Positions 35,483 through 44,885 of a DNA stretch of 53,984 bases are shown here, one piece after another. Numbering within the stretch: the stretch's first letter is position 1; each line of letters starts with the position of its first letter. The DNA lies in NCBI GenBank assembly GCA_045124835.1, contig JBGVMO010000153.1:1-53984 (forward strand). The letters are read 5' to 3'. This DNA comes from Eubacteriales bacterium. GTDB taxonomy: Bacteria; Bacillota; Clostridia; Oscillospirales; CAG-272. The notes under the pieces are model-generated. The model searched no databases, was not told the DNA's origin, and saw only the letters and a program-made list of their open reading frames with translations. The position numbers and the translations under genes were made by a program.

Positions 35483-35517
35483 AGAAAAAGCCCCAAGCGC
35501 CCATTAAGGCTTGGGGC
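35483..35517 (-). terminator. Intrinsic terminator after the small membrane protein gene
   Basis: On the minus strand, GCCCCAAGC pairs with GCTTGGGGC. TTTTTCTTT follows. Confidence 0.75.
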
Positions 35518-35651
35518 AGTATCGGGAATTATCTTCCCGTTTTTTTCTTGCGGCAGAAAATGCGCCGCAAAAGCGGCTTGAAAATGGCAGGCGGACGGAG
35601 AACGATAATTTTCAAGGATATGCCCCCTTTGTAAGTAAAATCAAAAGAATA

Positions 35652-35810
35652 CTATTTATGAAGGAAGAAAAGAACACCCACGGCAACGATGACGATAGCC
35701 TCTAAAACCACCAGAATGGTTTCGGGCAAAAAGAAGGAAATCAAAATGCCAAATCCGAAGGCCAGAACGGAAACGCCGATGATTTTGCAAATGGATTGGC
35801 TTTTCATCAT
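35652..35810 (-). CDS. Small hydrophobic membrane protein (52 aa), function unknown
   Basis: The sequence is MMKSQSICKIIGVSVLAFGFGILISFFLPETILVVLEAIVIVAVGVLFFLHK, with two TM helices. The RBS (AGAGAGG) lies 7 nt upstream. Confidence 0.55.
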   Translation of the reverse strand: MMKSQSICKIIGVSVLAFGFGILISFFLPETILVVLEAIVIVAVGVLFFLHK

Positions 35811-35962
35811 ATAAGACCTCTCTTTGCTTTTGCAAATTCCAAGTGTTGCCGAGGCGGCAACGCCCTTTGCTACCATTGTATGACGGTGGCGCTTGAATTG
35901 TGACTCGAAGAAATAAAAACGCCGCCTTGCCCGTGTTAAAAGCAAAGCGGTGTTTTATGCGG

Positions 35963-36748
35963 TTATTCGATAACGACTCTTTCCACGGAAAGCGTGCGCC
36001 CCGTGGATTCGTCCACCGAGAAAATCACGGCGTCGGCGTACATACTGCCCTCTGCGGCTTGCAGACGGGTGGAAACCGAGGTCAGATAACGGTGCAAAAC
36101 GCTCTCGGCGCTCATACCGATGACGCCGCCCGATGCACCGCACATACCCAAATCGCTGACGTAGCCCGTTCCTTTGGGAAGAATCTGCGTGTCGGCTGTC
36201 GGCACGTGCGTGTGTGTGCCGAAGATGACGGACACTCGCCCGTCAAAATAGTGGGCAATAGCCAGCTTTTCGCCCGTTGCCTCGGCGTGAAAATCCAAAA
36301 CGGCAAGATCGTATTTGCCCGCCTCTCGCTTCAAAAGCGTGTCAATCGCCGTAAAGGGAGAGTCGGTTAAGGTGTCCATATGCACGCGGCCAAGCGCGTT
36401 GATAACCAGAATGCGATAGCCCTTGGCCGTTTCCACCGTGTAGCCGAAGCCGGGCGCTGCGTCGGGATAATTCAGCGGTCGCAAAATGCGCTTTCCCTCC
36501 TCCAGCACCTTGTGCAGAGAAAAGTTCTGCAGCATATGATTGCCGCCCGTCAAAACGTCCGCCCCGCCCTCTAAAAGCTGATTGGCGCAGTCGGCGCCGG
36601 GGCCAATGATAAAGCCCGCGTTTTCCGCGTTTACAATCAGAAAATCCACGCTATGTTGGCGGCGCACCTCCCAAAGACGAGCGGAAAGCCAGCTTGCCGC
36701 GGCGGGAGAGGTCACGTCTCCAATGGCCATAATACGAAGCATAGTCAA
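35963..36748 (-). CDS. ymdB: YmdB-family metallophosphoesterase (2',3'-cyclic-nucleotide phosphodiesterase, TIGR00282-like)
   Basis: It has LRIMAIGDV, FLIVNAENA and GNHM. It lies immediately downstream of rny, as in Bacillus. Confidence 0.88.
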   Translation of the reverse strand: MTMLRIMAIGDVTSPAAASWLSARLWEVRRQHSVDFLIVNAENAGFIIGPGADCANQLLEGGADVLTGGNHMLQNFSLHKVLEEGKRILRPLNYPDAAPGFGYTVETAKGYRILVINALGRVHMDTLTDSPFTAIDTLLKREAGKYDLAVLDFHAEATGEKLAIAHYFDGRVSVIFGTHTHVPTADTQILPKGTGYVSDLGMCGASGGVIGMSAESVLHRYLTSVSTRLQAAEGSMYADAVIFSVDESTGRTLSVERVVIE

Positions 36749-36763
36749 AAAGCCTTTCTATCC

Positions 36764-36830
36764 GAAAAAACGGGCGCTGTCGCGCCCAGTGCGGTAAAAA
36801 TAGGGAACAAACCGAGGACGGCTTGTTCCC
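36764..36830 (-). terminator. Two tandem hairpin/U-tract elements between rny and ymdB
   Basis: The minus strand has GGGAACAAGCC...GGTTTGTTCCC followed by TATTTTT, then GGGCGC-gaca-GCGCCC followed by GTTTTTT. Confidence 0.6.
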
Positions 36831-36837
36831 GTTGGTT

Positions 36838-38376
36838 TTATTTTGCGTAATCGACGGTGCGGCTTTCCCGAATCAGATTTACCTTGATTTGTCCGGGATA
36901 CTCCATCTCCGCCTCGATTTTCTTGGCGATTTCGTGTGCCAGAATGGTCATTTGGTCGTCGCTGATAAGCTCGGGCTTCACCATAATGCGCACCTCGCGG
37001 CCTGCCTGAATGGCGAAGGTCTTGTCAACGCCCTCGAATTCACCCGCGATTTCTTCAAGCTTTTGCAGGCGCTTGATGTAATTTTCCATATCCTCGCGGC
37101 GCGCGCCGGGACGTGCGGCGGAAATAGCGTCTGCCGCCTGAATCAAGAAGGCCAAGGGCGTCTTGGGCTCAACGTCACCGTGGTGTGCTTCAATCGCGTG
37201 GATGATTTCCTTGTTCTCGTGATACTTCTTGGCAACCTCAACGCCCAGCTGAATGTGCGAGCCTTCAGCCTCCTGCGTCAATGCCTTACCGATGTCGTGC
37301 AGAAGACCTGCTCTCTTTGCAAGGTTGCGGTCAACGCCGATTTCGTCTGCCATCATTCCTGCAAGCAAGGAAACCTCAATGGAATGACGCAGAACGTTCT
37401 GGCCGTAGCTCGTGCGGTATTTCAGTCTGCCGAGCAGCTTAATCATTTCGGGATTGATGCCGTGAACACCCGTTTCATAAACGGCCTTTTCACCGGCCTG
37501 CTTAATGGTGTTGTCAACCTCGCGGCGCGCCTTCTCCACCATCTCCTCAATGCGCGCGGGATGAATGCGCCCGTCTGCAATCAGCTTTTCAAGTGCCAAG
37601 CGCGCGGTCTCGCGGCGGATGGGGTCAAAGCCTGAAACGGTAATAACCTCGGGCGTGTCGTCGATGATAAGCTCAACGCCGACAAGCTGCTCAATAGCGC
37701 GAATGTTGCGGCCCTCGCGGCCAATGATGCGTCCCTTCATGTCCTCGTTGGGCAGGGGAACGACGGAAATGGCAATCTCGCTGACGTGGTCAGCAGCACA
37801 GCGCTGAATGACGGTGGAGAGAATTTCTCTCGCCTTCTCGGTCGATTCATCGCGGAAGCGCGCCTCGTATTCAGCAAGCTTCTGTGCGGTCTCGTGCGAA
37901 ATCTCGCTCTCCATACGGGAGAGAAGCTCGCTTTTTGCCTCCTCGGCAGAGCAGTGAGAAATCTTTTCCAAGGATTCGATTTGCTTTTGCAGGGTCTCGC
38001 TCGTCTTTGCGTAGAGAGCCTCAACCTCCTGCTGCTTTTTCTGTAAAACGGTTTCCTTCTGCTCCAAGGCCTCAGTCTTGGCGTCTAAATTTTCTTCCTT
38101 TTGTGCAATTCTGCGCTCCTGACGGGAAACTTCCTTGCGGCGTTCCTTGAGCTCGTTCTCGGCATCTGTCTTCATCACAAGGATTTCTTCCTTGGTGGAG
38201 AGCAGCGCTTCCTTTTTCGTATCGGCGGCAGCCTTGATAGCGTCAGACAAAATCTTTTTTGCCTGCAGCTGCGCGGATTCCAGCTCCTTGCGATGACGGT
38301 GCTTGATAATAGCGCCGACGGCAAGCGCAAGAATGACACCGACAGCGGCGCCGATTAATGCGAATATCCAGTCCAT
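36838..38376 (-). CDS. rny: Ribonuclease Y
   Basis: It has an N-terminal TM helix ([20 protein letters not shown]), a coiled coil, a KH domain ([13 protein letters not shown]) and an HD domain (LLHDIGKA). The ATG at 38376 follows GGAGG. Confidence 0.93.
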   Translation of the reverse strand: MDWIFALIGAAVGVILALAVGAIIKHRHRKELESAQLQAKKILSDAIKAAADTKKEALLSTKEEILVMKTDAENELKERRKEVSRQERRIAQKEENLDAKTEALEQKETVLQKKQQEVEALYAKTSETLQKQIESLEKISHCSAEEAKSELLSRMESEISHETAQKLAEYEARFRDESTEKAREILSTVIQRCAADHVSEIAISVVPLPNEDMKGRIIGREGRNIRAIEQLVGVELIIDDTPEVITVSGFDPIRRETARLALEKLIADGRIHPARIEEMVEKARREVDNTIKQAGEKAVYETGVHGINPEMIKLLGRLKYRTSYGQNVLRHSIEVSLLAGMMADEIGVDRNLAKRAGLLHDIGKALTQEAEGSHIQLGVEVAKKYHENKEIIHAIEAHHGDVEPKTPLAFLIQAADAISAARPGARREDMENYIKRLQKLEEIAGEFEGVDKTFAIQAGREVRIMVKPELISDDQMTILAHEIAKKIEAEMEYPGQIKVNLIRESRTVDYAK

Positions 38377-38610
38377 AAAAACCTCCTTCTTTCTTTTTGC
38401 ATAGGCAGACGGCAAGGCCTGTCTGCCGTTTTTTAAAATAATATAGTATTGTGCGGCCCTTCTTGGAAAAAACGCAAGGCAACTAGGGCGTGGGTATGCT
38501 CGCGTACCCACTCTTTTACCGAAAAAAGACCGACGTAACGGGCGGCAAAGCGAAAAAAGGATGAATTTGAAGCCTCTTTTCTTTTCACCCGATATATTAC
38601 TACACCCTAT

Positions 38611-38639
38611 ATTATATAATAATTTTGTTTTCCTGTCAA
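38611..38639 (-). promoter_or_regulatory. Consensus sigma-A promoter about 228 nt upstream of rny
   Basis: The minus strand reads TTGACA, a 17-nt spacer, then TATAAT. Confidence 0.6.
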
Positions 38640-38743
38640 GAATTATTTTTTTGTGCTTTGCCCAAAATAAGATAGAAAAAAGGAAAAAAAGGGAACAAAA
38701 AGCGAAATTAACACTTTGTTCACAAAAAAGAGGGTAGATACTC

Positions 38744-38772
38744 TTGACAAAGAGCGCGCGAAGTGATAGTCT
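38744..38772 (+). promoter_or_regulatory. Promoter of the hrcA-grpE-dnaK-dnaJ operon
   Basis: It reads TTGACA, a 17-nt spacer, then TAGTCT. It lies directly upstream of CIRCE. Confidence 0.55.
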
Positions 38773-38782
38773 AATAGTGCGG

Positions 38783-38809
38783 TTAGCACTTGAAAGCTTA
38801 GAGTGCTAA
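38783..38809 (+). promoter_or_regulatory. CIRCE operator (HrcA binding site)
   Basis: It reads TTAGCACTT, a 9-nt spacer, then GAGTGCTAA. The consensus is TTAGCACTC-N9-GAGTGCTAA, so there is one mismatch. Confidence 0.9.
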
Positions 38810-38838
38810 AACCAAACACGGAAACGGAGGGAAGCGCC

Positions 38839-39915
38839 TTGAACGAAAACGGATTGAGTGAAAGAAAGCGCCTGATTTTAAAGGCCATCGTAGAGGCGCA
38901 CGTGCTTTACGGAGAGCCTGTCGGCTCTAAATCCCTGCTTTCCAATCAGCAGCTGACCTGCTCCTCTGCCACCATCCGAAACGAGATGGCCGAGCTTGAG
39001 AGCATGGGATACCTTGAGCAGCCTCACACCTCGGCGGGTCGAGTGCCAACCGAGCTTGGCTACCGCTTTTACGTGGACTCTCTGGCAAAGCAGTACCGTA
39101 TGACTGCCATGGAGATTGAGCAAATCAACCGCACCATGCAACGCAAGATGGGCGAGCTTGACAGAATTTTGGAGGACGCCTCGCGTCTTCTTTCGCGCTT
39201 CACCAATTATGCGGGCATCGCCTTTAAGCCCTCGCAAACGCGCGCAACCGTCTCTCGCTTTGAGTCGGCCTATCTTGATGAGCATTCGATGGTGCTCGTG
39301 ATGCTCTTTGCGGATGGGACGGTCAAAACGGGCACGGTCTATACCGAGCTTTCCCTTTCCCAAGAGGAGCTTTCCGCCTTCATTTCTATCTTGAACGAGC
39401 AGCTCTGCGGACTGACGAGCAGCGAAATCACCCTGCCGCGCATCGTGAATTTGGAGCGTAGCGTCGGTCTTCTTTCGGCGCTTGTGCATCCCGTGGTTAC
39501 CTGTATTTACGATGCTATGAGCGAGCTTGACGGCGGCGCCTTCCGCGTCGACGGTGTCAACCATCTGCTTGAATATCCCGAGTATTCGGACGTTGGGCAG
39601 TTCAGAGAAATGCTCAATCTTCTTGAAAATAAAGAGGATTTGGTCAGCCTCATTTCCGCAGGCGCCGAGGAAGAAAACGAAAGAGATTTGCAGGTGCATA
39701 TCGGATCGGAAAACGCCTTGGATGCTATGAGCAATTCCTCCTTCGTCTACCGCGTCTTGCGGCAGAACGGCAAGGTGGTCGGCGCTGTTGGCGTTATCGG
39801 CCCTCGCCGAATGGACTATTCTCGCGTTATCGCGATACTCAATCAGCTTTCCCTTGGCATTTCGGGCTTGATAGGAACGGCCGATGAGTCGGGCGATGGC
39901 AGTGATAACGATTAA
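38839..39915 (+). CDS. hrcA: Heat-inducible transcription repressor HrcA
   Basis: It has LSERKRLILKAIVEAHVLYGEPVGSKSL. I prefer the TTG at 38839, which follows GGAGGG. The track's GTG at 38803 lies inside CIRCE. Confidence 0.9.
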   Translation: MNENGLSERKRLILKAIVEAHVLYGEPVGSKSLLSNQQLTCSSATIRNEMAELESMGYLEQPHTSAGRVPTELGYRFYVDSLAKQYRMTAMEIEQINRTMQRKMGELDRILEDASRLLSRFTNYAGIAFKPSQTRATVSRFESAYLDEHSMVLVMLFADGTVKTGTVYTELSLSQEELSAFISILNEQLCGLTSSEITLPRIVNLERSVGLLSALVHPVVTCIYDAMSELDGGAFRVDGVNHLLEYPEYSDVGQFREMLNLLENKEDLVSLISAGAEEENERDLQVHIGSENALDAMSNSSFVYRVLRQNGKVVGAVGVIGPRRMDYSRVIAILNQLSLGISGLIGTADESGDGSDND

Positions 39916-39959
39916 AATGCGGAATAAAATAGAGTACGAAACACGGAAAGGAAGCCGAC

Positions 39960-40535
39960 ATGGAAGAAAATAAGATAAAGGAAGAGGAAGTGCAGGCGGA
40001 CGAGGCAACGGCCGCGGCCGAGGAAAGCACCGACTCCAAGGATATTCCCAAGGAGAAGAAGGCAGACAAGAAGTGCAAGGAGGCATTAGCAAAGGCAGAG
40101 GAAGAGTGCAAGCGCTTGACCGAGGCCTTGGATGCAGAGAAGGACAAATATCTTCGCCTTGCCGCTGAGTATGACAACTACCGTCGCCGCTCCCAAAAGG
40201 AGAAGGAGGGCATTTATGCCGACGCCGTGGCAGATACGGTGAAGGAAATTCTCCCCCTGCTTGATAACCTGCAAAGAGCCGCCGCCTTTACCGAGGGCGA
40301 TAAGGTTTTGGAGGGACTTGCGCTGATGGCCAAGGATACCGATTCTCTGCTTGCCAAGCTTGGCATTGAGAAATTCGGCAAGAAGGGCGAGACCTTTGAT
40401 GCGGCATGGCATAACGCCGTGATGCACGAGGAAAACGACGAGTACGGAGAAAACGAGATCGTTGAGGTATTTCAAGAAGGATACCGCCGCGGCGACAAGA
40501 TTATCCGCTTCGCCGTTGTGAAGGTAGCCAATTAA
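39960..40535 (+). CDS. grpE: Nucleotide exchange factor GrpE
   Basis: 191 aa. It has LRLAAEYDNYRRRSQKE and a GrpE C-terminus. Confidence 0.93.
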   Translation: MEENKIKEEEVQADEATAAAEESTDSKDIPKEKKADKKCKEALAKAEEECKRLTEALDAEKDKYLRLAAEYDNYRRRSQKEKEGIYADAVADTVKEILPLLDNLQRAAAFTEGDKVLEGLALMAKDTDSLLAKLGIEKFGKKGETFDAAWHNAVMHEENDEYGENEIVEVFQEGYRRGDKIIRFAVVKVAN

Positions 40536-40632
40536 TTTATTCGGTCTTTATTCAATATTCAATCGCTTTCAAATTTCTCTCTTCCCCGGAGGAGAGACAT
40601 AAACTAAAATATAATTATGGAGGAAATAAATC

Positions 40633-42492
40633 ATGGCAAAAATCATTGGTATTGACTTGGGCACGACCAATTCGTGCGTTGCAGTATTCGAGGGCGGCGA
40701 GCCCACGGTTATCCCCAATCCCGAGGGCGCAAGAACCACCCCCTCTATCGTAGCGTTTGACAAGAAGTCGGGCGAGAGAATGGTTGGTCAGGCGGCAAAG
40801 CGTCAGGCCATCACCAACCCCGAAAGAACCGTTTCGAGCATTAAGCGCGAAATGGGAAGCAACTATAAGGTTGCGATTGACGAAAAGAAGTATACCCCTC
40901 AGGAAATCTCCGCAATGATTCTGCAGAAGCTGAAGGCGGACGCTGAGGCATATCTCGGCACCACCGTTTCCGAGGCGGTTATCACCGTTCCCGCATACTT
41001 CTCCGATGCACAGCGTCAGGCCACCAAGGATGCAGGTAAGATTGCAGGCCTTGAGGTCAAGAGAATCATCAACGAGCCCACCGCCGCCGCACTTGCATAC
41101 GGTATGGATAAAGAGGGCGAGCAGAAGATTATGGTATTCGACCTTGGCGGCGGTACCTTCGACGTATCCCTGCTTGAAATCTCCGACGGCGTTTTCGAGG
41201 TTCTCGCAACCGCAGGTAACAACCGTCTGGGCGGTGACGATTTTGACGCCCGTATCGTTGACTGGATGGCCGAAACCTTTATGAAGGAGAATAACGGCAT
41301 TGACTTGCGTCAGGATAAGATGGCGCTGCAAAGATTGAAGGATGCCGCCGAGAAGGCTAAAATCGAGCTTTCCGGTATGGTCAGCACCCAAATCAACCTG
41401 CCCTTTATCACCGCAGACGCAACGGGCCCCAAGCACTTTGACGCAACCTTGACCCGCGCAAAGTTTGATGAATTGACCCGTGACCTTGTGGAAGCAACCA
41501 TGAAGCCCACCCGTCAGGTGCTGGACGATGCAGGCCTTACCGCAAGAGACGTTGCCAAGGTTCTCTTGGTAGGCGGCTCTTCCCGTATCCCTGCCGTGCA
41601 GGAGGCTGTTAAGAACTTTATGGGCAAGGAGCCCTTCAAGGGCATCAACCCCGATGAGTGCGTAGCGCTCGGCGCGGCCATTCAGGCAGGCGTTTTGGGC
41701 GGCGACGTCAAGGATTTGCTCCTTTTGGACGTAACGCCTCTGTCTCTCGGCATTGAAACGATGGGCGGCGTTTGCACCAAGATGATTGAAAGAAACACCA
41801 CCATTCCCGTAAAGAAGTCGCAGATTTTCTCGACGGCGGCCGATAACCAGACCTCCGTTGACATTCACGTATTGCAGGGTGAGCGCGAAATGGCCGCAGG
41901 CAACACCACGCTCGGCACCTTCCGCTTGGACGGTATTCTTCCCGCGATGCGCGGCGTTCCGCAGATTGAGGTCACCTTCGATATTGACGCCAACGGTATC
42001 GTAAACGTATCCGCCTTGGATAAGGGAACGGGCAAGGAGCAGCACATCACCATCACCTCCTCCACCAATATGTCCCAAGAGGATATCGACCGTGCCGTTA
42101 AGGAGGCCGAAAAGTTCGCCGAGGAGGATAAGAAGCTCAAGGAGGCGGTTGAAAACAGAAACCGTGCCGAAAGCCTCGTTTCTCAGGCAGAAAAGACCCT
42201 TGCCGACGTCGGCGACAAGCTGACCGAGGAGGATAAAGCCCCCGTTACCGCCGCTATCGAAAAGCTGAAGGAAACCCTGAAGGGCACCGACAACGAGGCC
42301 ATCAAGGCCGATAGCGAGGCACTTGAAAAGGCCTTCTACGCCGTAGCCGAAAAGATTTATCAGGCAGGCGGCGCAGGTGCAGGCGCAGGTGCGGGCGATG
42401 CCGCAGGCGCACAGGGTGGCAGTGCCGACGGCACCTATTACGACACCACCTACGAGGACAAAACCGGCTCCGACGGAAACGGCGCCAACTAA
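40633..42492 (+). CDS. dnaK: Molecular chaperone DnaK (Hsp70)
   Basis: 619 aa. It has [18 protein letters not shown] and EEDKK. Confidence 0.98.
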   Translation: MAKIIGIDLGTTNSCVAVFEGGEPTVIPNPEGARTTPSIVAFDKKSGERMVGQAAKRQAITNPERTVSSIKREMGSNYKVAIDEKKYTPQEISAMILQKLKADAEAYLGTTVSEAVITVPAYFSDAQRQATKDAGKIAGLEVKRIINEPTAAALAYGMDKEGEQKIMVFDLGGGTFDVSLLEISDGVFEVLATAGNNRLGGDDFDARIVDWMAETFMKENNGIDLRQDKMALQRLKDAAEKAKIELSGMVSTQINLPFITADATGPKHFDATLTRAKFDELTRDLVEATMKPTRQVLDDAGLTARDVAKVLLVGGSSRIPAVQEAVKNFMGKEPFKGINPDECVALGAAIQAGVLGGDVKDLLLLDVTPLSLGIETMGGVCTKMIERNTTIPVKKSQIFSTAADNQTSVDIHVLQGEREMAAGNTTLGTFRLDGILPAMRGVPQIEVTFDIDANGIVNVSALDKGTGKEQHITITSSTNMSQEDIDRAVKEAEKFAEEDKKLKEAVENRNRAESLVSQAEKTLADVGDKLTEEDKAPVTAAIEKLKETLKGTDNEAIKADSEALEKAFYAVAEKIYQAGGAGAGAGAGDAAGAQGGSADGTYYDTTYEDKTGSDGNGAN

Positions 42493-42507
42493 TGAAAAGT
42501 AAACAAG

Positions 42508-42547
42508 GGCACGCACGGGAAAGCCGTGCGTGCCGCCTCGCGTTTTT
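42508..42547 (+). terminator. Strong hairpin between dnaK and dnaJ (partial terminator/processing site)
   Basis: GGCACGCACGG pairs with CCGTGCGTGCC around a GAAAG loop. A T-run follows 8 nt downstream. Confidence 0.5.
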
Positions 42548-42564
42548 AAGAAAGGGATTCCGAT

Positions 42565-43701
42565 ATGGCGGAAAAAAGAGACTATTACGAGGTGCTTGGC
42601 GTTTCAAAGGACGCCTCTGAGGCAGACATAAAGAAGGCCTACCGCACCCTTGCAAAAAAATATCATCCCGATATGCATCCGGGCGATGCCGAGGCGGAGG
42701 CCAAGTTCAAGGAGGTCAACGAGGCGTACAGCGTCCTCTCCGATGCGGAGAAGAAGAGCAAGTATGACCAGTTTGGACACGCGGCCTTTGATGCTATGGG
42801 CGGCGGAGGCGGCGGCTATTCCGACTTTGGCGGCTTTGGCGGCTTTGAGGATATCTTCTCCTCCTTCTTCGGTGGCGGAGGCTTTGGCGGAGGCGGTGCC
42901 TCGGGCCGTTCGCGCGGCCCTGTGCGCGGAGAGGACGTTTACGCGCGCATCACCATCACCTTTGACGAATCGGTTAGCGGCTGTAAGAAGGATATCAGCT
43001 TCAAGCATATTGAGGCCTGCTCCGTTTGTCACGGTCGGGGTGCTGAAAAGGAAAGTGACGTCGTTACCTGCTCCGAGTGCCACGGTCGCGGCCAAGTCGT
43101 TACCCAACAGCGCACCATTCTCGGTATGATGCAGTCAACCCAGACCTGCCCCACCTGTCGCGGTAGAGGAAAAACGGTCAAGAACCCCTGCTCCTCCTGT
43201 CGCGGAACGGGCTACGTAAGAGTGGCCAAGGATATCGCCATGAGCATTCCTGCGGGTGTGGATAACGGCAACCGCATCGTTCAGCGCGGTATGGGAGACG
43301 CAGGGCGTGACGGCGGGCCTGCGGGAGATTTGATAGTCGAGGTCACCGTGCGGCCGCACGAAATCTTCAGACGAGAGGGCAATCACGTCTATTGCGAGGT
43401 GCCCATCTCCTTTGCGGACGCCGCGCTTGGCGCTGAAATTGATATTCCTACCTTGGAGGGAAGTGAAAAATTCAATATCCCCGAGGGAACGCAAACGGGT
43501 GAGGTCTTCACCCTGCGCGGCAAGGGTATGCCCGATGTGCGCACAAAGCGCCGCGGCGACCTTGTGTTCGTGGTCGAGGTTGAGGTGCCGCGAAGCCTCT
43601 CGGCCAAGCAAAAGGAGCTTTTGCGCGATTTTGCCGCCTCCTGTACGGACGCCAACAACAGCAAAAAAAGCGGCTTCTTCAAAAGAATCTTCAAAAAATA
43701 A
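42565..43701 (+). CDS. dnaJ: Molecular chaperone DnaJ
   Basis: It has the J domain (HPD), a G/F region and four CxxCxGxG zinc-finger repeats. Confidence 0.97.
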   Translation: MAEKRDYYEVLGVSKDASEADIKKAYRTLAKKYHPDMHPGDAEAEAKFKEVNEAYSVLSDAEKKSKYDQFGHAAFDAMGGGGGGYSDFGGFGGFEDIFSSFFGGGGFGGGGASGRSRGPVRGEDVYARITITFDESVSGCKKDISFKHIEACSVCHGRGAEKESDVVTCSECHGRGQVVTQQRTILGMMQSTQTCPTCRGRGKTVKNPCSSCRGTGYVRVAKDIAMSIPAGVDNGNRIVQRGMGDAGRDGGPAGDLIVEVTVRPHEIFRREGNHVYCEVPISFADAALGAEIDIPTLEGSEKFNIPEGTQTGEVFTLRGKGMPDVRTKRRGDLVFVVEVEVPRSLSAKQKELLRDFAASCTDANNSKKSGFFKRIFKK

Positions 43702-43722
43702 AAAGGCAGTAGCGCCTTTACG

Positions 43723-43761
43723 GCATCCCTTCCAAGTCCTCTTGAAGGGATGCTTTGGTTT
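43723..43761 (+). terminator. Terminator after dnaJ
   Basis: GCATCCCTTC pairs with GAAGGGATGC. TTTGGTTT follows. Confidence 0.65.
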
Positions 43762-43800
43762 AAAAAACGCCCGAAGAATGGGGAAGAAAAGGAAAAATAC

Positions 43801-44646
43801 ATGAAAAAATTTGAAATAGAGGGCCACGAGCCCAGTTTCTTGCCTGAGGGAGAATGGGAGCTGATTTTCAGCGATGAGTTTGACGGAGACACTCTTGACA
43901 GAAGCAAGTGGGATTTTCGCCTTGATTTCTGGGGCAAGCGCTTTGAGGCCTATACGGACGAGGGCGTGCGCCTTGACGGCAAGGGCAACCTTGAGATCCA
44001 TCGCGTGGAGAAGGACGGTGTCTATGTTTCCGCACAGCTGCAAACGGGCGCCAATTCCTTTGACGCGCCCTTGAAAAATCGTGAAATCGGCATCAAGGAC
44101 GGCTGGGCGGCATCGGACGAAATCTGGAAGCTCGGCGAGCTTGCGCCGATGAAATTCTCCCATATCTACGGCTACTACGAATGCAGATGTAAAATGCAGA
44201 AATTCCCCGAGGATATGTGGAGCGCCTTCTGGTTGCAGGCGCCAAGCATCGGCACCACCTATGACCCCACATATAGCGGCATCGAGGTCGATATTATGGA
44301 ATACCCCGAAAAGAACGTGTATAGCTGTGGCAACATCTGGGGCGGCTACGGCTCCCAGTTTGCCGAGGAGGGAAGAGTACAACGCTATCCGATGACCGAG
44401 ACGGAGGATGGTTATCACACCTTCGGCGTCCTATGGGATGAGGACGGCTACACCTTCTATTGCGATGGTAAGGAGGTCTCCCGTGCCAACCGCTTCGTGT
44501 CGCGCGTTCCCCAGTTCATCCTTCTGACCACCGAGGTCAGAGGCCACCGCAAGAACACCCCCCTGCTCGTTGAGGGCGAATTTGTGGACGATGCCTTTAT
44601 CGTCGACTATGTCAGAGTTTTCGACAGAAAAGAGAGAATCAAATGA
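43801..44646 (+). CDS. Glycoside hydrolase family 16-like (beta-glucanase/laminarinase fold), no signal peptide
   Basis: It has DEFDGDTLDRSKW and the catalytic ExDxxE as GIEVDIMEY. I prefer the ATG at 43801. Confidence 0.75.
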   Translation: MKKFEIEGHEPSFLPEGEWELIFSDEFDGDTLDRSKWDFRLDFWGKRFEAYTDEGVRLDGKGNLEIHRVEKDGVYVSAQLQTGANSFDAPLKNREIGIKDGWAASDEIWKLGELAPMKFSHIYGYYECRCKMQKFPEDMWSAFWLQAPSIGTTYDPTYSGIEVDIMEYPEKNVYSCGNIWGGYGSQFAEEGRVQRYPMTETEDGYHTFGVLWDEDGYTFYCDGKEVSRANRFVSRVPQFILLTTEVRGHRKNTPLLVEGEFVDDAFIVDYVRVFDRKERIK

Positions 44647-44729
44647 GTGTTGTTTTAGTAACGGGCGCCGAGCTTGTCATCGACGGCGGCAACACCGTTC
44701 AGCTCTATCCCATCATCCCGAAGGAATGA
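44643..44729 (+). pseudogene. Collapsed remnant of a short-chain dehydrogenase/reductase gene (28 codons)
   Basis: The sequence is MSVVLVTGAELVIDGGNTVQLYPIIPKE. It joins the SDR N-terminal VLVTG directly to the SDR C-terminal TG.ELVIDGG tail. Its ATG overlaps the GH16 stop (ATGA). Confidence 0.55.
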
Positions 44730-44758
44730 AATTTGTTTTTCAAAGAAGAAACGCCTAT

Positions 44759-44795
44759 GGCGCACCTGCCTTCTCGCAGGTGCGCCGCTTTTATT
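44759..44795 (+). terminator. Intrinsic terminator
   Basis: GGCGCACCTGC pairs with GCAGGTGCGCC around a 6-nt loop. GCTTTTATTGTTT follows. Confidence 0.75.
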
Positions 44796-44828
44796 GTTTC
44801 CGTGTTTCATAAAAAGCGCCGCTTGGGC

Positions 44829-44857
44829 TTGACTTGCGCCGCCCTGTATGGTACAAT
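44829..44857 (+). promoter_or_regulatory. Sigma-A promoter of the AGCS symporter gene
   Basis: It reads TTGACT, a 17-nt spacer, then TACAAT. Confidence 0.6.
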
Positions 44858-44885
44858 AAACGGGAATTTAAAAAGGAGCTTGTCT

